The notes under the pieces: generated by a model
Told to the model about the DNA's origin: nothing
The model's input: the letters and a program-made list of their open reading frames with translations, nothing else
Databases searched by the model: none
In this document: piece after piece, positions 48,491-62,711 of the stretch
Numbering within the stretch: the stretch's first letter is position 1
How the letters are laid out: each line of letters begins with the position of its first letter
From: Chiloscyllium plagiosum
Lineage: Eukaryota
Assembly: GCF_004010195.1 (NCBI RefSeq)
Contig: NC_057730.1
Coordinates: 22,945,258-23,009,257, forward strand
Length of the DNA: 64,000 bases
Direction of reading: 5' to 3'
Translations under genes and position numbers: made by a program

Positions 48491-50769
48491 CAGCAAATCT
48501 AGATAAACCCACTAGTTTCAAATATTGTATGTGCAACTTAATTTTCTGGCTCTGAAGTTTTGGTTTCCTCTGGGCTAGATTCCTAACTGTGAAACACATT
48601 CAGAAATGAGTGGCTTTTAAAAAAAACAGGAAATATGGTGCATGTTCATTGGCTGAGGTGAAAGCAGCTTGTCAAACTTGAGCCTGTAATGCAGCATGAC
48701 GACATGTTTATATACGATAGCCAGACTTGTGAAGAGGAAGCGTATGGATATATGTTTTACTCTTACATTAATTTGTAAGATAATTTGCTGTCTCATCCTG
48801 AACAGAGTGGGGAAAGTATAAACCTTGACAGGTCAAATTCTACATAGCACAATCCTGGTCCTGGAATCTTAGAAATGTTGCTTTTGAAAAGTCATGGTTA
48901 AATGGAAAAAAAAATTGCTATGATGTCTTGTTTTTAAATTGTTGTGAAAATCTTGCATGAGTTACTTTGTGGATATCAATGTTCTCAATGAACGTTGTTC
49001 TAATTTTTGTTCTGTAGTCAGCAGTTTTAGTCTCATTCTGCTTTTTGACATGTATTCAGATTGCCTACCTTTTTTAAATTTCAATTACCAAAGCTGATCA
49101 GTACTTAAATCAAAAACTAGGCTAAGGGATTTCGAGCACTTCTTTCACTGTTCTATAAAAGGTCATTCAGTGACCTGAAAGTCGTCATTGCAGTCACAAG
49201 CTGCCTTCACAATCAAAGGCCTGGGAAGACCTCTAGTGTTAAATATTGGTGTGTTTATAGCAAGTCGAGGAAACCTGTTAAAACCACTAGCTTTGTTTTG
49301 ACTTCAGAACAGAAGAATTGACTTCTGTTTAGAAGAGAAGTTCTTTTTTCGAGAAGGAGAATAGTTGTTCTGGAGAGCCAGCCACCTTCATGTTTTCTCA
49401 TCTGTGATGTATCCAAGCTTGGAGAACTTGTATAGATGTATTAACATTATTAGAATGGAGCAAATTTAGGTCTTCAGAATTAAAGTTCATATCAGCAGGC
49501 TTGGAAAGGAATCTCACAACTGTCCTTGGAGACCATGGACAAGAAACTGGAAGGAGTTAGTTAAGTGGAAACTTAGTCAAGAGAAATTAAAATTTTATCA
49601 CACCTGAGCAATGTGATGACTTACTGGGGCAGTGTGTGGAAATTGAGCCCTGCTATTCATGATTGGTTACAAAACTTAGATTTTCAAGTACAGACTTCCT
49701 TGTACTTAATTTTCAGAGCCAGGTTGATTCACAAGTAGATACGAGATTTTACACTGAACAAGAATTATTCATTACAAATAATTAAACTCCACAAATAAAC
49801 AGTTAAACTGACATGACATAACTAATTACAACTCAATTCCCTATGACCTTTCTATTATGTGCATGCTGACATAAAGATTGCTGGAGGGTTGGAGAAAGGG
49901 AAGAGGGGAAAAAAATTGAGTTGCTTCTTAGCTTTTCTTTTCCAAATGCTGCTTTTCATTTGCAAGAGGCACAGGGTGGCTGTTTCACTTCTAAATTGCC
50001 TCTGATTTATCGACTTATGTTAAATTTTCCTTCAGCGCTTCCTGTAAACTAAACTCATTTTCTTAAGTGAGTTGACAACTGGGAACTGAGACTGCTTCTG
50101 AGCTGGTAAAGATCAAATCCCTTCTCTCTTTCTCTAACTTGTTACTTGACAACCGCCTTTGTTATTGGCAACTGGTCACTAATCCATAAACCTATCCAAC
50201 TTGTTGCCAACCAGAGCTGAATCTGAATACCTGAACTCCTGTGTGTCCGCAAGCACTTCAATTATTGTTGGTTCAAACAGCTGCTTACTGTACTTGGCAT
50301 GGGTATCAGACTACTTGATTTTTTTTTTAATTAGTTGAGCTTGGGTCTTTTCACTTGGACTTGACTATAATCATGGGGCTGCACGTTATGGTTGTGCAGA
50401 CAAAGCAAAATGGAGTGAAGGCCAAACAATCAGTTTATCCATGACCTTATTTGAATGGTGGAATGAACTCTCTGGGCTGAATGGCCTACACGTTTTTTAA
50501 AAAAAGTTCTCGTCCCTTTTTTTTAAATCTAGAAGGATCATTCCAGAGTTGTAAGTGACAAGTGCCCGCTTATTCTGCCAAAGACGCCATCAGGATTGGG
50601 AGCATGCTGCATGGTATTTGGAATCATTTAAAATGTGGGTCCACACTCCATATACTGAAGACCATGATTGCAACCGATATTATAATAGAAGTATCAAGTT
50701 CTGGGGAAGGGTACAGCATGCCCTAACGTTCTACATCTCTTTTTTTTAATTGTTTTTTTTTAGTTTGGC

Positions 50770-50940
50770 AAGATGCTTAGATTAGATTTCTTACAGTATG
50801 GGAACAGGTCCTTAGGCCCAACAAGTCCACACTGACCCTTCAAAGAGTAACCCACCCAGACCCATTCCCCACCGACTAATGCCCCTAACACTATGGGCAA
50901 TTTAGCTTGGCCAGTTCACCTGACCTGCACATCTTTGGAT
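50770..50940 (-). mobile_element. HE1-like SINE, 3' half
   Basis: Reverse complement of the 3' part of SINE 36248-36570. Confidence 0.75.
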
Positions 50941-52334
50941 GTTTAATTATTTAAACTTTGTTTTGATGTGATTGCTCCTTTTGATATGAAAAGCATAAGA
51001 TATATGATTACTGATCTTGCCTATTTCTTTTAATCAATTTTTAAGAACAAACCTATTTTGAAAACATGAAGGCCTCTGTTTAACCATCAGTATTTTGATT
51101 CCAAATAAACAAGTTGCTAAACCAGCAAATTTCTCTATATTGCTGAGCTACATTGGAGAGCCTAGCCATTGTAGGAACCTCTTCATTTGAGGGCATCTAG
51201 GAACTAATCCATTTGGTGTCAAAATAACAAGCCTGTTTCATATTAGAGGCCAAAATATAATTTTGTCATTGAATTTCAAGGGGAGATGGTTCAATTATCT
51301 TCTGTTGGGAACGGGTCATTTTTGCCTGACCATTTATATGACACAAATTACTTCTCAGTTATTAGTCAAAATCTGAATGTTGTCTTGTTGTGTGCATAAA
51401 TTGCATAACCCGGTTTTTCTTTGTTGTGGATTCTGCAGGACCATGTCCTATTGCACACCTCTTCAAGAAACCCAGTTTGTTTTCTAAACTTAGTGTAATG
51501 ATGCCCAAAGGTTGTACTAAAACTATTGTCATATCTTCTGTCAATAAACTTTGGATATTTGAGTGCCTTTTTTTTTATTTTAGTGTGGAATGTTGAACAG
51601 TATTATTCGGATTGGACCGTAAGCAATTAGCAACCCAAAGATTAGTTGGCTGAAATCTTGATCTAAGCCTAGAAAGAACGTTTGTCCAATTGTTGTAAAG
51701 GAAGGGTGGTCAAAGAGTACATCATCCCTGTTGGAAATAGCCATTCTGGTTCGTCATTGAGAAGTTAGGAGTATGTTTTTTTTTTCTTTTTTGGGTTGGA
51801 GGCCTATTCTTCTTTATCACTACTTCATAGATCTTTTCTCTGCTTATAGTAAAATTATGCTGTAATTCAATCTCCTCTTTAGGATTAATCTGCTTTTATT
51901 TATTTTGATATTTAATCAAATAAGGTGCCATATAAAATTATTATGCAACAGAATGCATGGGGCTGGGGCTGATGTTTCAGCATGGATTGAGGAATGGTTA
52001 GTAAAAGGAAAAACCGGGCAGGAGTAAACATTATTTGAGTTTATTTCAATTTGTTCCTTTATTTCTTATCTCTAATTTGCTTACCTGTTTATCGTGTGGC
52101 TTCTGTGTATTTTTTTATTTGCATATCTGCCAAATTTAACAATTCTTCTTTTGGTACTTCAGAATTGGTGATAAAGGAATACTTGGAGAATGTGATTTGC
52201 ATAGCCATTGTTTTGGGTGAACTTGATTGATTTAACTGTCTTGAAACTGACCTATAACTTTCAAACCTGATCCCTGCTGTCTTGTGTATGTGCTGTGTCT
52301 CCTTCCCATTCTCAAACCCCCTTGGTTGTTTTTT

Positions 52335-53995
52335 CATTCATAGGACTTGGTATTGCTGGCAGGGCCAGCACTTATTGCCCATTCCTAGTTGACCTTTAAG
52401 GTGGTGGGGAGCTGCATTCTGGAATTGCTTCAGTCCCATGTGCTGTAGGTAGAACTACTTACTATTTAGGGAGGGAATTCCAAGATTTTTGGCCCAGTGA
52501 CAGTGAAGGAACAATGATATATTTCCAAGTGAGTATGGTGAGTGGCTTGGAGAGTAACTTAAAGTTGGTGGTGTTCCCATATATCTACTGCCCTCCTCCT
52601 TCCAGGTGATGGGTTTGGAAGGTGCTATCTAAGAATCCTTTTGGTAAATTTCTGCAGTGCACCTTGTACATCCTGCTGCTACTGAGCATCGGTGGTCGAG
52701 AGAGTAGATACTTATGGATGTGGTAATCAAGCTGGCTGTTTTGACTTGGTTGGTGCCAAGCTGCTTAAGTGTTGTTGGGGCTGCACTCATCAAGGAATAT
52801 GGGAAGTATTCCATCACACTCCTGACTTGTGTATTGTAAATGGTGGACAGGCTTTGGATCAGGTGGTGTGTTACTCACGGCAGTATTCCTAGTCTCTGAC
52901 CTTTTGTTGCCACTCTTTTTGGTGAATCCATTGAGTTCTGGTCAATGATAACCCCTAGGATGCTTGATGGGGGGGTGTGGGTGGGCTTCAGTGATGGTAA
53001 TGCCATTGAATACCAAGGGGTGGTGGTTTGTCAGTCTGTCTCTTACTGGTGATAGTCATAACCTGGCATTTGTGTGACATAAATGTTACTTGCCATTTGT
53101 CAGCTCAAGCCTGGATATTGTTCAGATCTTTTTGCATTTGAACTTGGACTGCTTCAGTATCCGTGGAGTCATGAATGACGACATAATGTTCAGCACCTTC
53201 AGCAAACATCCCCACTTCTGATCTTGTGATGGAGGGAAGATCGTTGAACCAATTGAAGATGGTTGGGCCTGAGGAAATACTGCAGAGATGTTTTGGAGCA
53301 CTGATAACTGACCTCCAAAAACCACTATTATCTCTTGTGTCAGGTATGACTGTAAGCACTGGAGAGTTTGACCCCTGATATCCATTGTTAGGGCTCCATG
53401 ATGCCACAGTTGGTTGAAAGTAGCCTTGACGTCAAGGGCTGTCACAGTCCCATCACTGGAATTAAGCTTTTTTTTTGTGTCCATGTTGATCTTCCTGCTC
53501 CCGGATGCTGCCTGACCTGCTGTGCTTTTCAGCACCCCACACCCTACTCTGATCTCCAGCATCTGCAGTGCTCACCTTTTTCTCCCAGGAATTGAGTGGC
53601 CCTGGCAGAACCCAAACTGGGTGTCACAGCAAGTTATTGCTGAGTAGGTACTGTTGATGACCTCATTTTACTGATGATTGATTGACAGTAGACTGATAGG
53701 GCAATAATATGCTTAGGTTGGGTTAGTCCTTTTTTCTGTGTACAGGGCACAACTGGGCATTTTTTTCACATTGGGTAGATGCCAGCATGATAACTGTACT
53801 AGAACAGCTTGGCTAGGAGTGGCAGGTTCTGACATACAAGTCTTCAGTACTATTACCAGAATGTTATCAGAACCTGTAGCCTTTTGCAGTATCCAGTGTC
53901 TCCAACCATTTCTTGACATCATGTGGAGCAAATCAAATTGGCTGAAGGCTGGTATCTGTAATGCTGAGGATCACTGGTACAGGCCGAGATGGATC
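52335..53995 (-). mobile_element. Older CR1/L2-group LINE (different subfamily) with a Penelope A terminus at ~53484-53586
   Basis: Minus-strand peptides VTALDVKATFNQLWH, SYLTQ and GPTIFNWFNDLPSITRSEVGMFA. A related 3' fragment lies at ~45490-45700. Confidence 0.75.
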
Positions 53996-54645
53996 ATCAA
54001 CTTAGATTTCCAGAAATGTTTTGAAGAGCTTTCAAATACTGCAAGCAAATGCTCTTTGCTCCCTCACTTTGTCACCAAGAAGACCCCATTTGCCCTCAGC
54101 TCACCTGAGATCTTGTGTCCTGTCTATGAAATTAGCATCTTCATTTCTTACCTGATTTTGGTCTTCGCCTTAGATTCCTTTACATCACTCTAACCTAAAT
54201 TCACAATTCTCCTGGTGTTTTTTTTTCTACTACCTTTTTTGCACCCAAAGAAATTTCACCTGCAATTGTTATGACTGACGCTTCCCCTTTCCACCGCTTC
54301 AATAGTAAAATTGTAACCATTTGCTTTCCTGACCCCCTCTCTCCCCCAATCGCCCAAGAGTGAGTGAATCAGGAAAAACTGTCCTGTTCTATTTACAGCT
54401 CCACTTAAATGGTTTCACACTGTTTTGGCCCTTTTTACCTTCCATGACACTTCTGCAGTTGTCAGTTTGCCCAATCAGTTCAGCCTTATCTCTGGAAATC
54501 TTTAACTCTATCCAGTTGCTTCATTCTCCTACCATGTTTTCATTGGAAGTCCAAGGAGCAAAATTGCTTCTGGATCACAACTTTTTTTTTTTCTTTAATA
54601 ATTAATTAATTTAGTCTTGCTTAGCTAGTTTGGTTTTAGTAGGCA

Positions 54646-54817
54646 GTTGAAACTTTATTGCTGGAACAGCACAGCAGGTCAGGCAGCATCCAGGGAACAG
54701 GAGATTCGACGTTTCGGGCGAATCTCCTGTTCCCTGGATGCTGCCTGACCTGCTGTGCTGTTCCAGCAATAAAGTTTTCAACTTTGATCTCCAGCATCTG
54801 CAGACCTCACTTTCTCC
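54646..54817. mobile_element. Penelope family A short fold-back insertion
   Basis: Inverted arms. TSD TGGTTTTAGTAGGCA at 54631-54645 and 54818-54832. Confidence 0.88.
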
Positions 54818-55631
54818 TGGTTTTAGTAGGCACCCTCTTCTCTGCTATAATTAGTTTGCAATCATCCTGGAGGGAAGATAATAACTGTAGACTCCTTTCT
54901 GTACTCCAAATTATTCATTTTATAAAACTGTTGTCACTTGCCACTTTGCCCTTTCTCCATCTTTACATGGAGCTTGTTGAAGTTAGATTAGATTATGCCT
55001 AACTGGCTCCAACTTTCTATCACCTTTTTTCCTTAAGCTATACTACCATAACTTACTACACAAGATCACCTTGCTTACAGGACCTACCTTCTGCACCTTC
55101 CATTCCATTCCCATTAATTTAGTAACTAGTCCACTTTCATGAGAAGTGAAATTGAGTGCTTCTCTTTATTCAAGTTGTTTTTGCTTTTGTTTGAAAGGTA
55201 ACCCATTCTCAATCTATCCAGTCTTCACTTAAAACACATTGCTTCCCATCACCGCACTTTATTTTCCACCGCTCCTAAAGCATTCAAAACTTATAATCAA
55301 AATTGAGACTTACACCTTAGCTCTGTTTTTCAACTTTTTGACCTCTGTCATCGGGGAGAAATGTCAACATTTTCTTGTTGCCTTACATGTGCATCCCACA
55401 CCATTACTTCAATAGACCTTCTAAGATCAGCCCTTGACTCCCTCTTACTCATGCTTCCCTTTTGTTTTTGGCAACCATATTCAGAGATTGGGACCGTTGC
55501 TTCCGAGGTACACATGATATCCAGCTTTACATTCGCTTAAATACCTCAACATGTCCACTGTATCTATGCTATTGAAATGCTTGACATTTAGTTTGGGTGA
55601 GTTTTCCCATAAAGTTGTACTTAACCACCCC

Positions 55632-55925
55632 AGTGCAGCACAATGGTTCCATGGTGAGCACTGTGCCAGGGACCCAGGTTCCATTCCAGCCTTCAGTGAT
55701 ATTTTGTCACAGTGAAGTTTGCACATTCTCCCTGTCTTCATGGGTTTCCGCTGAGTATTCTGGTTTCTTTCTGCAGTCCAATGATGTGCGGGTTTCGTAG
55801 ATTGGCCAAGGTAAATGCAGAATTCTGAGGATAGGTGGGGCAGGGTCTGGGTAACATGCTGTTCAGAGGGTCAGTGCAGACTTGATGGGTTGAATGACCT
55901 CTTCCAGCACTGTAGGGAATCTGTG
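55632..55925 (+). mobile_element. HE1-like SINE, diverged
   Basis: Collinear with SINE 36248-36570 (B-box GGTTCCATTCC, body, CR1-like tail). Confidence 0.75.
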
Positions 55926-57204
55926 ATTCTAATTCCATCTTCATCTTTTACTCTTGGGAAAACAAATATTTAACTCAAATGCAGGTTTTTAAAAATTCAA
56001 ACAGCTGTTTGAATATTTCTGCAGCAGAAAACTTGTGGATTCTAACCAAATTAGCTTTAATGAGGCAGTACATCTAGTCCTTTATTGGCATATCTGAAAT
56101 CTGAAATCAACAATTGATATTTTGGAAGTTGCCCCTTGTCTAAGTCACAGCTTCAACGAAGCACTTGATGCAGCAAGTAATGAAACTGGAATAAATCCAT
56201 TCAGAGTGGAAGCACATGACCTAGAGGTTAGTGTGCATCAGTGTTGAGAGAATTTCCTCCCTTCCTGATGTTGACTGAGCAATTGGTTCAATTTTGAAAG
56301 GTCAGTAGTGTCTGCTTTGTGAATTTGAGGTATTAATTCGCTTTTATTGTGCTGGATAGTAACTGTGTGTCTTGTGTGCAGAAAGGACTAATGTAGAAAT
56401 GTAGCAAGTTTTTTACATGTTTGCTACTTCTTTACTCTTAAAGAAACCAGAGATAGTAACCTTCGTAAAACCAATGAGTCAGAGATTTACTGCACAGAAA
56501 AAAGTCCCTGTGGTCCATAGTCTGCACTAGTTTAAAAATCTAAGTATTTTCCAACATTTCTCCAACAACCTCCTATTTGTGATCTTAGGTAATGATCAAA
56601 AATAACAGTGCCAAGTATCACTAACTCAAAGTTTAGTCAAGAAACCGTTCTGTTATACTGGTCCTTGCAATCCAATTCGGAAACACATTCAACGCTTCCA
56701 TTCGGGGGGGGGGTGCAATTACTGGGAAATGAATTCAAAATGGTAAAATAACATCAGTGGTCTAAATTCTGGGGAGTGTGGTAAATCCCATCAAGATGAT
56801 TGGCATGAGCTGATTGCTACCATGTGGGGCTTAGCTAAGAGTTAGAATCTCTGATCAGCTCCACTCTTTTCTGTTGAGAACTTGGAGTGTGAGGGTTAGG
56901 GATAGACGAGCCCCAAGGTAGGAGTCACTGACCCCTGGGAACCAGCTGCTCTGCCTCTTGTTGATACCCTGACTGCACCCCAGTGATGGCTGAGACCAAA
57001 CCCTAGATGATTATTGGGGGAGAAAATAATGAGCTGCCTGCCCTGCCAGTCTACCTGAAGAAGATGAGCAGCAGCAAGTGCAAAATGGGCCAGTAGTTAG
57101 AGAGCTGGGAGGACTACATAGATAACAGGCTGGATGTTGTGGAGGTAGAAAATATCAGGGATTTGAAAAAGAAAACTACTTTCAAAATCAGTTCTCTGGA
57201 TTTG

Positions 57205-58165
57205 TGGATGTACCTACTAAAAGTGCAAGACTTTACCTACTCTTGGGGAATGAGGTGTCAGTGGGGGAGCACTTTGGGGCCAGTGACCAGAATTCTATTA
57301 GTTTTAAAATTGTGATGGAAAAGGATAGACCAGATCTAAAAGTTGGAGTTCTAAACTGGAGGAAGGCCAATTTTGATGGTATGAGGCAAGAGCTTTCAAA
57401 AGCTGATTGGGGCAGGAGTTCGCAAGTAATAGAAAATGGGGAGCTGTCAGAAATGAGATGATGAGAGTCCAAAAACAATATATTCCTATTAGGGTGAAAG
57501 GAAGGGCTAGTAGGTGTAGGGAATGCTGGATGACTAGAGAAATTGAGGGTTTGATTAACAAAAAGAAGGAAACATATGTCGGGTATAGACAGGATAAATC
57601 GAGTGAATTCTCAGAGTATACTGGCCACTATTCCACTGTTGGAATATCGCATAAATTTTGGTCTCCTTCCTATCAGAGCAATGTTGTGAAACTTGAAAGG
57701 GTTCCAAAAAGATTTCCTAGGATGTTGGCAGAGTTTGAGGATTTGAGCTACAGGGAGAGGTTGAATAGGTTGGGGCTATTTTCCCTGGAGCGTCGGAGGC
57801 TGAGGGGTGACCTATATAGAGGTTTACAAAATTGAGGGACATGGATTGGGTAAATAGGCAAAGTCTTTTCCCTGGGGTGGGGAATCTAGAACTAGAGGGC
57901 ATAGGTTTAGGGTGAGAGGGGAAAGATATAAAAGAGACCGAGGGGGCAACATTTTCACACAGAGGGTGGTACGTGTATGGAATGAGCTGCCAGAGGAAGT
58001 GGTGGAGGCTGGTACAATTGCAATATTTAAGAGGATTTGGATGCATTTATAAATAGGGAGGGTTTGGAGGGCTATGGGCCAGGTGCTGATAGGTGGGACG
58101 AGATTGGGTTGGGATATCTGGTCGGCATGGACGAGTTGGACCGAAGGGTCTGTTTCCATGCCGTA
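57205..58165 (+). mobile_element. CR1/HER1-like LINE with large internal deletion
   Basis: Endonuclease end (EHFGASDQNSISFKIVME) jumps near 57620 directly to the C-terminal region (FWSPSYQ...), skipping the RT. Confidence 0.85.
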
Positions 58166-58529
58166 CATCAGTCTGACTGGTGCAGCTTGATGAGGACCAG
58201 ACTGCATATAAAATCTTCTGTGTAGACATGGGCTGGTCTATTCTAGATCACCAGGATACTGAAATTCTAGCGGAGATGATTTTAAAGGCACATTTTTAGG
58301 GTTTTGAAGGCATGGCAGTGATTGGGTGTATTTGTGGAGGGACTGGAACACATCCTCCAGCAGGCTCAATCCATCAATCAAGACTAATGCTTGTCACACT
58401 CGTCCAGATTCTATACTGTAGAATGTTTTGAAGCGCAGCAGCAGTAGAGGGAAAATAGATTTGAAAGAAGATCCTGTCCGTTTGTGGAAACTAATGTGGG
58501 TGGCTCAAGTCTTCTAAAAGTTGAAGGTG

Positions 58530-59020
58530 GTGAAATGGCTCTGTGGTTAGCATTACTGCCTCACAGCACTACGACCAAGGTTCAATTCCAGCCTCTGGTG
58601 ACTCTGTGTGGAGTTTGCGCATTCTCCTAATGTCTGCGTGGGTATCCTCCAGGTGCACAGGTTTCCTCCAACAATCCAAAGATGTGCAAGTTAGGTGAAT
58701 TGGGTTCAAGAGTGTGGTGCTGGAAAAGCACAGCAGGTCAGGCAGCATCTGAGGAGCAGTGGAATCGACATTTCGGGCGTAAGCTCTTCATTCCTGATGA
58801 AGGGCATCACGCTGTCGACCCACCACTGATCTCCAATATCTGCAGTCCTCCGTTTTTCCAGGTTAGGTGAATTGGCCATGCTAAATTGCCCATAGTGTTG
58901 AGGGATGTGTAGGTTAGGTGCGTTAGTCAGGGGTAAGTATAGAGTAATAAGATAGGGGAATGGGTCTATGTGGGTTATTCTTCGGAGGGTTGCGTGTGAA
59001 CTTGTTGGGCCACACTAGGT
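58530..59020 (+). mobile_element. HE1-like SINE interrupted by a Penelope A unit (58704-58861)
   Basis: B-box GGTTCAATTCC near 58579. The insert is flanked by TSD GTTAGGTGAATTGG at 58690-58703 and 58862-58875. Confidence 0.82.
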
Positions 59021-59544
59021 ATTCTGATTATAAAATGAAGCATGTTTTGCCATCTGGTAACTGCTGATGTTGTTTTCAGCTGCTGGAAGTGAGAGTTCTT
59101 GAGTTACAAAACTGGATGTCATCATAAGTGAATGATTTAAATTCAGGCTTCCAGAGATGGGAATTCAGTTAATTAAACAATATTTTCCCTTACACAGCCA
59201 TGCTAGTTTCATGAACCTGCATTTACATTGTGTTTTTTCCATTCTGGTTAAGTTTTGTACTTGTTTTGCCTTTCAATCTTTATCAATCATTGACCTTGCT
59301 TGATTCATAAGCAGTAGCTAAGTTGTGTGGCAGCATGGCCCAGATAACAACACACGCCTCTTCTCTCTGCGCAAGTGTTTAGTATGTTGCTCATTTATCT
59401 AGCTTGGATAAGAACTCGCAGATCATCTATCAGCAATAATGTAGCAACTTGAGCAGGGATGGAAAATGGTTTGAGGTTCCAAATGGTGTATTATTTTGGA
59501 TAGTGGACATAGATCTTTGCTCATCTGCATTGCCAAGAATCTTA

Positions 59545-60055
59545 GCAATCGCCCAGTACTCTGTATTCCTGTTACTCGTTCCAAAGTGGAACACTTCACA
59601 CCTTTCTACATGAAACTCCTTCTAAACCCTTCTTACTCATATACCTATTCAGAAGTCTTTTAAATGTTTTAATTGTACCAGCCTCCACTGCTTCCTCTGG
59701 CAGCTCATTCCATACACGTTCCACCCTGTGTGTGAAAACATTGCCCCTTAGGACCCTTTTATCTTTCCCCTCTCACCTTTTTAACCTATGCCCTCTAGTT
59801 TTGGACTCCCCTACCATGAGAAAAAGACCTTGGCGATTCACCCTATCCATGCCCCTGATGATTTTATAAACCTCCTAAGGTCACTCCTCAGCCCCCAAAG
59901 CTCCAAGGAAAACAGCCCCAGCCTGTTCAGCCTCTCCCTAAAGTTCAAATCCTCCAACCCTGGCACCATCCTTGTAAATCTTTTCTGAACCCTTTCAAGT
60001 TTCACAACATCTTTCCTATAGCAGGGTGACCAGAATTATATGCAGCATTCCAAGA
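59545..60055 (-). mobile_element. CR1-like LINE, 3' fragment
   Basis: Reverse complement of the CR1 ORF2 C-terminal region seen in other copies. Confidence 0.8.
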
Positions 60056-60574
60056 CTATAGTCATTCCGGCCAGTGGGATGTAATGGAATGCTGCATTAA
60101 TTTAGGCTATTGAGTCCAGCATGCTCTGCGAAGAATGCTTACTGTTTATTTTGGGTATATGGTTGATTGTGCCCTGTTTTAGTGTCGATGTCATTACTGT
60201 TGAATTGTAGGCTCTTTTGGAGTTCAAGACTTAGCTGCAAAGTGGAAGTTTTTTTGCATATTTTTTTCATCTAGCACATTCAGGAGAGGTATTGCAACTG
60301 TGATATAGAAAATGTATATTCAGTTGCGACCTTTCCATTTGACAATGAAACAAAGTATTGATTGTCTTTATTAATAAAGGTATGCCTCTCAGTTGCAAGA
60401 TGCTGTATAAGTTCTCTCCTGAGGGTAAAAGCTTTGGGTTTCTGCTCAATAGGTCAAGTTTGGGAATGTCTGACTTACCTTCTCCTGCCTCTGAAATTTT
60501 CTGAGTTTGTATTCATCTGGTGTATGTCTATGCCCTCCTAGGGCACAGATTTTACTTGTCCTCCGAATAGATCA

Positions 60575-60855
60575 TAGGATCCCTGTAGTGTGAAAGCAGC
60601 CATTTGGTCCAACAAGTTCATACCATCCCTCCAAAGAGCATCCCACCCAGACTCTATCACTGTAACTCTGCATTTCCCATAGCCAGTCTGCCTGACCTCC
60701 ACATGTCAGGATATGGGAGGAAACCAGAGCAACTAGAAACCCGCACAGACACTGGGAAGATGTGCAAACTGCACACAGACGATTGCCTGAAGTTAGATTG
60801 GAATGTAGGATCCCTGACAATGTGAGGAAGCAGTGCTAATCACAGAATCACCATG
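60575..60855 (-). mobile_element. HE1-like SINE, diverged
   Basis: Reverse-complement similarity to SINE 36248-36570. Confidence 0.72.
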
Positions 60856-61446
60856 CAGTCAATAAATATTCTTTGGGCAAATTGATTAAATACACATCCA
60901 TATTATGTCAATTATGTAGTGAGTTTACTGCATGAATTATTTTGGCTACGAAACGTTGAGCTGTGAATTGATTCATAAGACACATAGTGTGAAGAGATCA
61001 CTTTACTATCCAGGGAATCCTGACCAATGCCTTTGTACTTGTAGCTGAGGAAAGCAAAAATCTCTAACCACTTGGATGAAATTTTTATTTTAATAACCCT
61101 GTCAGAAGTTGTACTCACGGGTTTTTCAATTGTTAGTGGTGATCTGACAATGGAAGATGCATGTGCAATAAATTTCTAGGTGCATGGATAATTCAGGGAT
61201 ATGAAACTAAACACAACCATGATTTAAATGGCCTCCCCGTACTATATGTTTCTGATTGTTCAGTGAATTCAAGTTGTATCTTGTGTATAATCACATTGTG
61301 CATTGCAGAGGTGACTTTTTTAATGCACTTTATGTACACATGCAATTGCCAACTATCAAGATTTTATTGTCAGAACAGGCTGTCTGTCTTTTCATGGTCG
61401 TCTCCTTGATTAACAAATTGGACTTTTTTCATTTTTGTCCCTTCAG

Positions 61447-61540
61447 GCAAAGGAATTAACCAAGTACCTCGATCCTGCTGGTCTGGGGGTCATTGCATTT
61501 GATGATTTCTGTCGAGGAATTGCTGCTATTAAAAATGGAG
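61447..61540 (+). CDS. RAB11FIP3: RAB11FIP3 coding exon 2 (second EF-hand)
   Basis: AKELTKYLDPAGLGVIAFDDFCRGIAAIKNG. Acceptor ttttgtcccttcag| and donor G|GTATGG; phase 0, matching exon 1. Intron 1 spans 24332-61446. Confidence 0.93.
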
Positions 61541-61769
61541 GTATGGCAAAGTAATATGCAGGTTTACTTGTTTTGAGTTGGTTTATATGATATGGCTTTG
61601 TTTTATTCTGAATAACTACTTTACTTCAAAAAATAAACTGGAAGGATTCTGTTTAATAGTGAATTAACCATAAATACTGCATAAGAATTTAACTGTTTTT
61701 GATGTGCATTATTTGACAAACCCATGACTTGTTTCCCTTAATTGAATTAAAGTTCTAACTGTTTGCTTA

Positions 61770-62105
61770 AAATCATGAGGGGCATGGATAGGATAAATAG
61801 AAAAGGTCTTTTCCCTGGGTTGAGTCCAGAACTAGAGTGCTTAGGTTTACAGTGACAGGAGAAAGGTCCTTTTTTTTTAAATCTAAGGGAATTTTTTTTT
61901 CACGCAGAGGGTGGTGCATATGTGGAATGAACTGCTTGAGTTAGTGGTGGAGGCTGGTACAATTACAAAGACATCTGGATGGGTATATGAATAGGAAACG
62001 TTTAGAGGGATATGGGCCAAGTACTGGCAAATAGGACTAGTTTAGGTTAGGATATTTGGTCGGCATGGATGAGTTGGACCATACGGTCTGTTTAATTGCT
62101 GTACG
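61770..62105 (+). mobile_element. CR1-like LINE, short 3' fragment
   Basis: AAAATCATGAGGGGCATGGATAGG through to the CR1 tail. Confidence 0.82.
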
Positions 62106-62527
62106 TCTGTCTGTCTGTCTGTCGTCTCACTCTGTCTTCCCAATTCAGTTTATCGGTTACGCGCACACGTCCCTGGCTCCTTAAAGCCAATCAAAGCCTT
62201 CATCCTTTTGTTTTTTTACCTAAAAAAAAAAAAACCAAAAAGGCCTTAGTTTGAGCATACTTTACACCCTCCAGGTATGTTTTGGAGTTCGATTATAAAT
62301 AACCTCTACAACTCAAAAATAAATCTGTTATCAGACAACAATGTTTGTCGTACTTGTATGTTAAGAGCATCTTTAGGGATGCTGTAAAGAATTTGGAGTT
62401 GAGCCTATTTAAGCGTTGTTTTAATGGTGAGTCGTAATCTACAGCTAAGTAAGACCTGTATTTCTTTTACATTCAAACAAGTCTGAGAAAAGGCAAGAAC
62501 TGCTCCAGTATGATTATCAGTATGTAT

Positions 62528-62711
62528 AGGTAAAAACAATGACTGCAGATGCTGGAAACCAGAGTCTAGATTAGAGTGGTGCTGGAAAAGCACAACAGGT
62601 CAGGCAGGATTCCTGATGAAGGGCTTTTGCCTGAAATGTCTTTTTTTTTCCCAGCTCCTCGGATGCTGCCTGACCTGCTGTGCTTTTCCAGCACCACTCT
62701 AATCTAGACTC
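62528..62711. mobile_element. Penelope family A-related fold-back insertion
   Basis: Inverted arms around a CTGATGA...GAAATGTC core. TSD TTATCAGT(A/G)TGTAT at 62514-62527 and 62712-62725. Confidence 0.8.

Noticed and set aside
49610-50300. Possible solo LTR or old repeat
   Set aside because: Could not define termini or a TSD.
56145-56232. Coding-looking stretch SFNEALDAASNETGINPFRVEAHDLE ending at GAG|GTTAGT
   Set aside because: No nearby acceptor gives phase 0 in this frame and there is no in-frame ATG, so it cannot be supported as a cassette exon.
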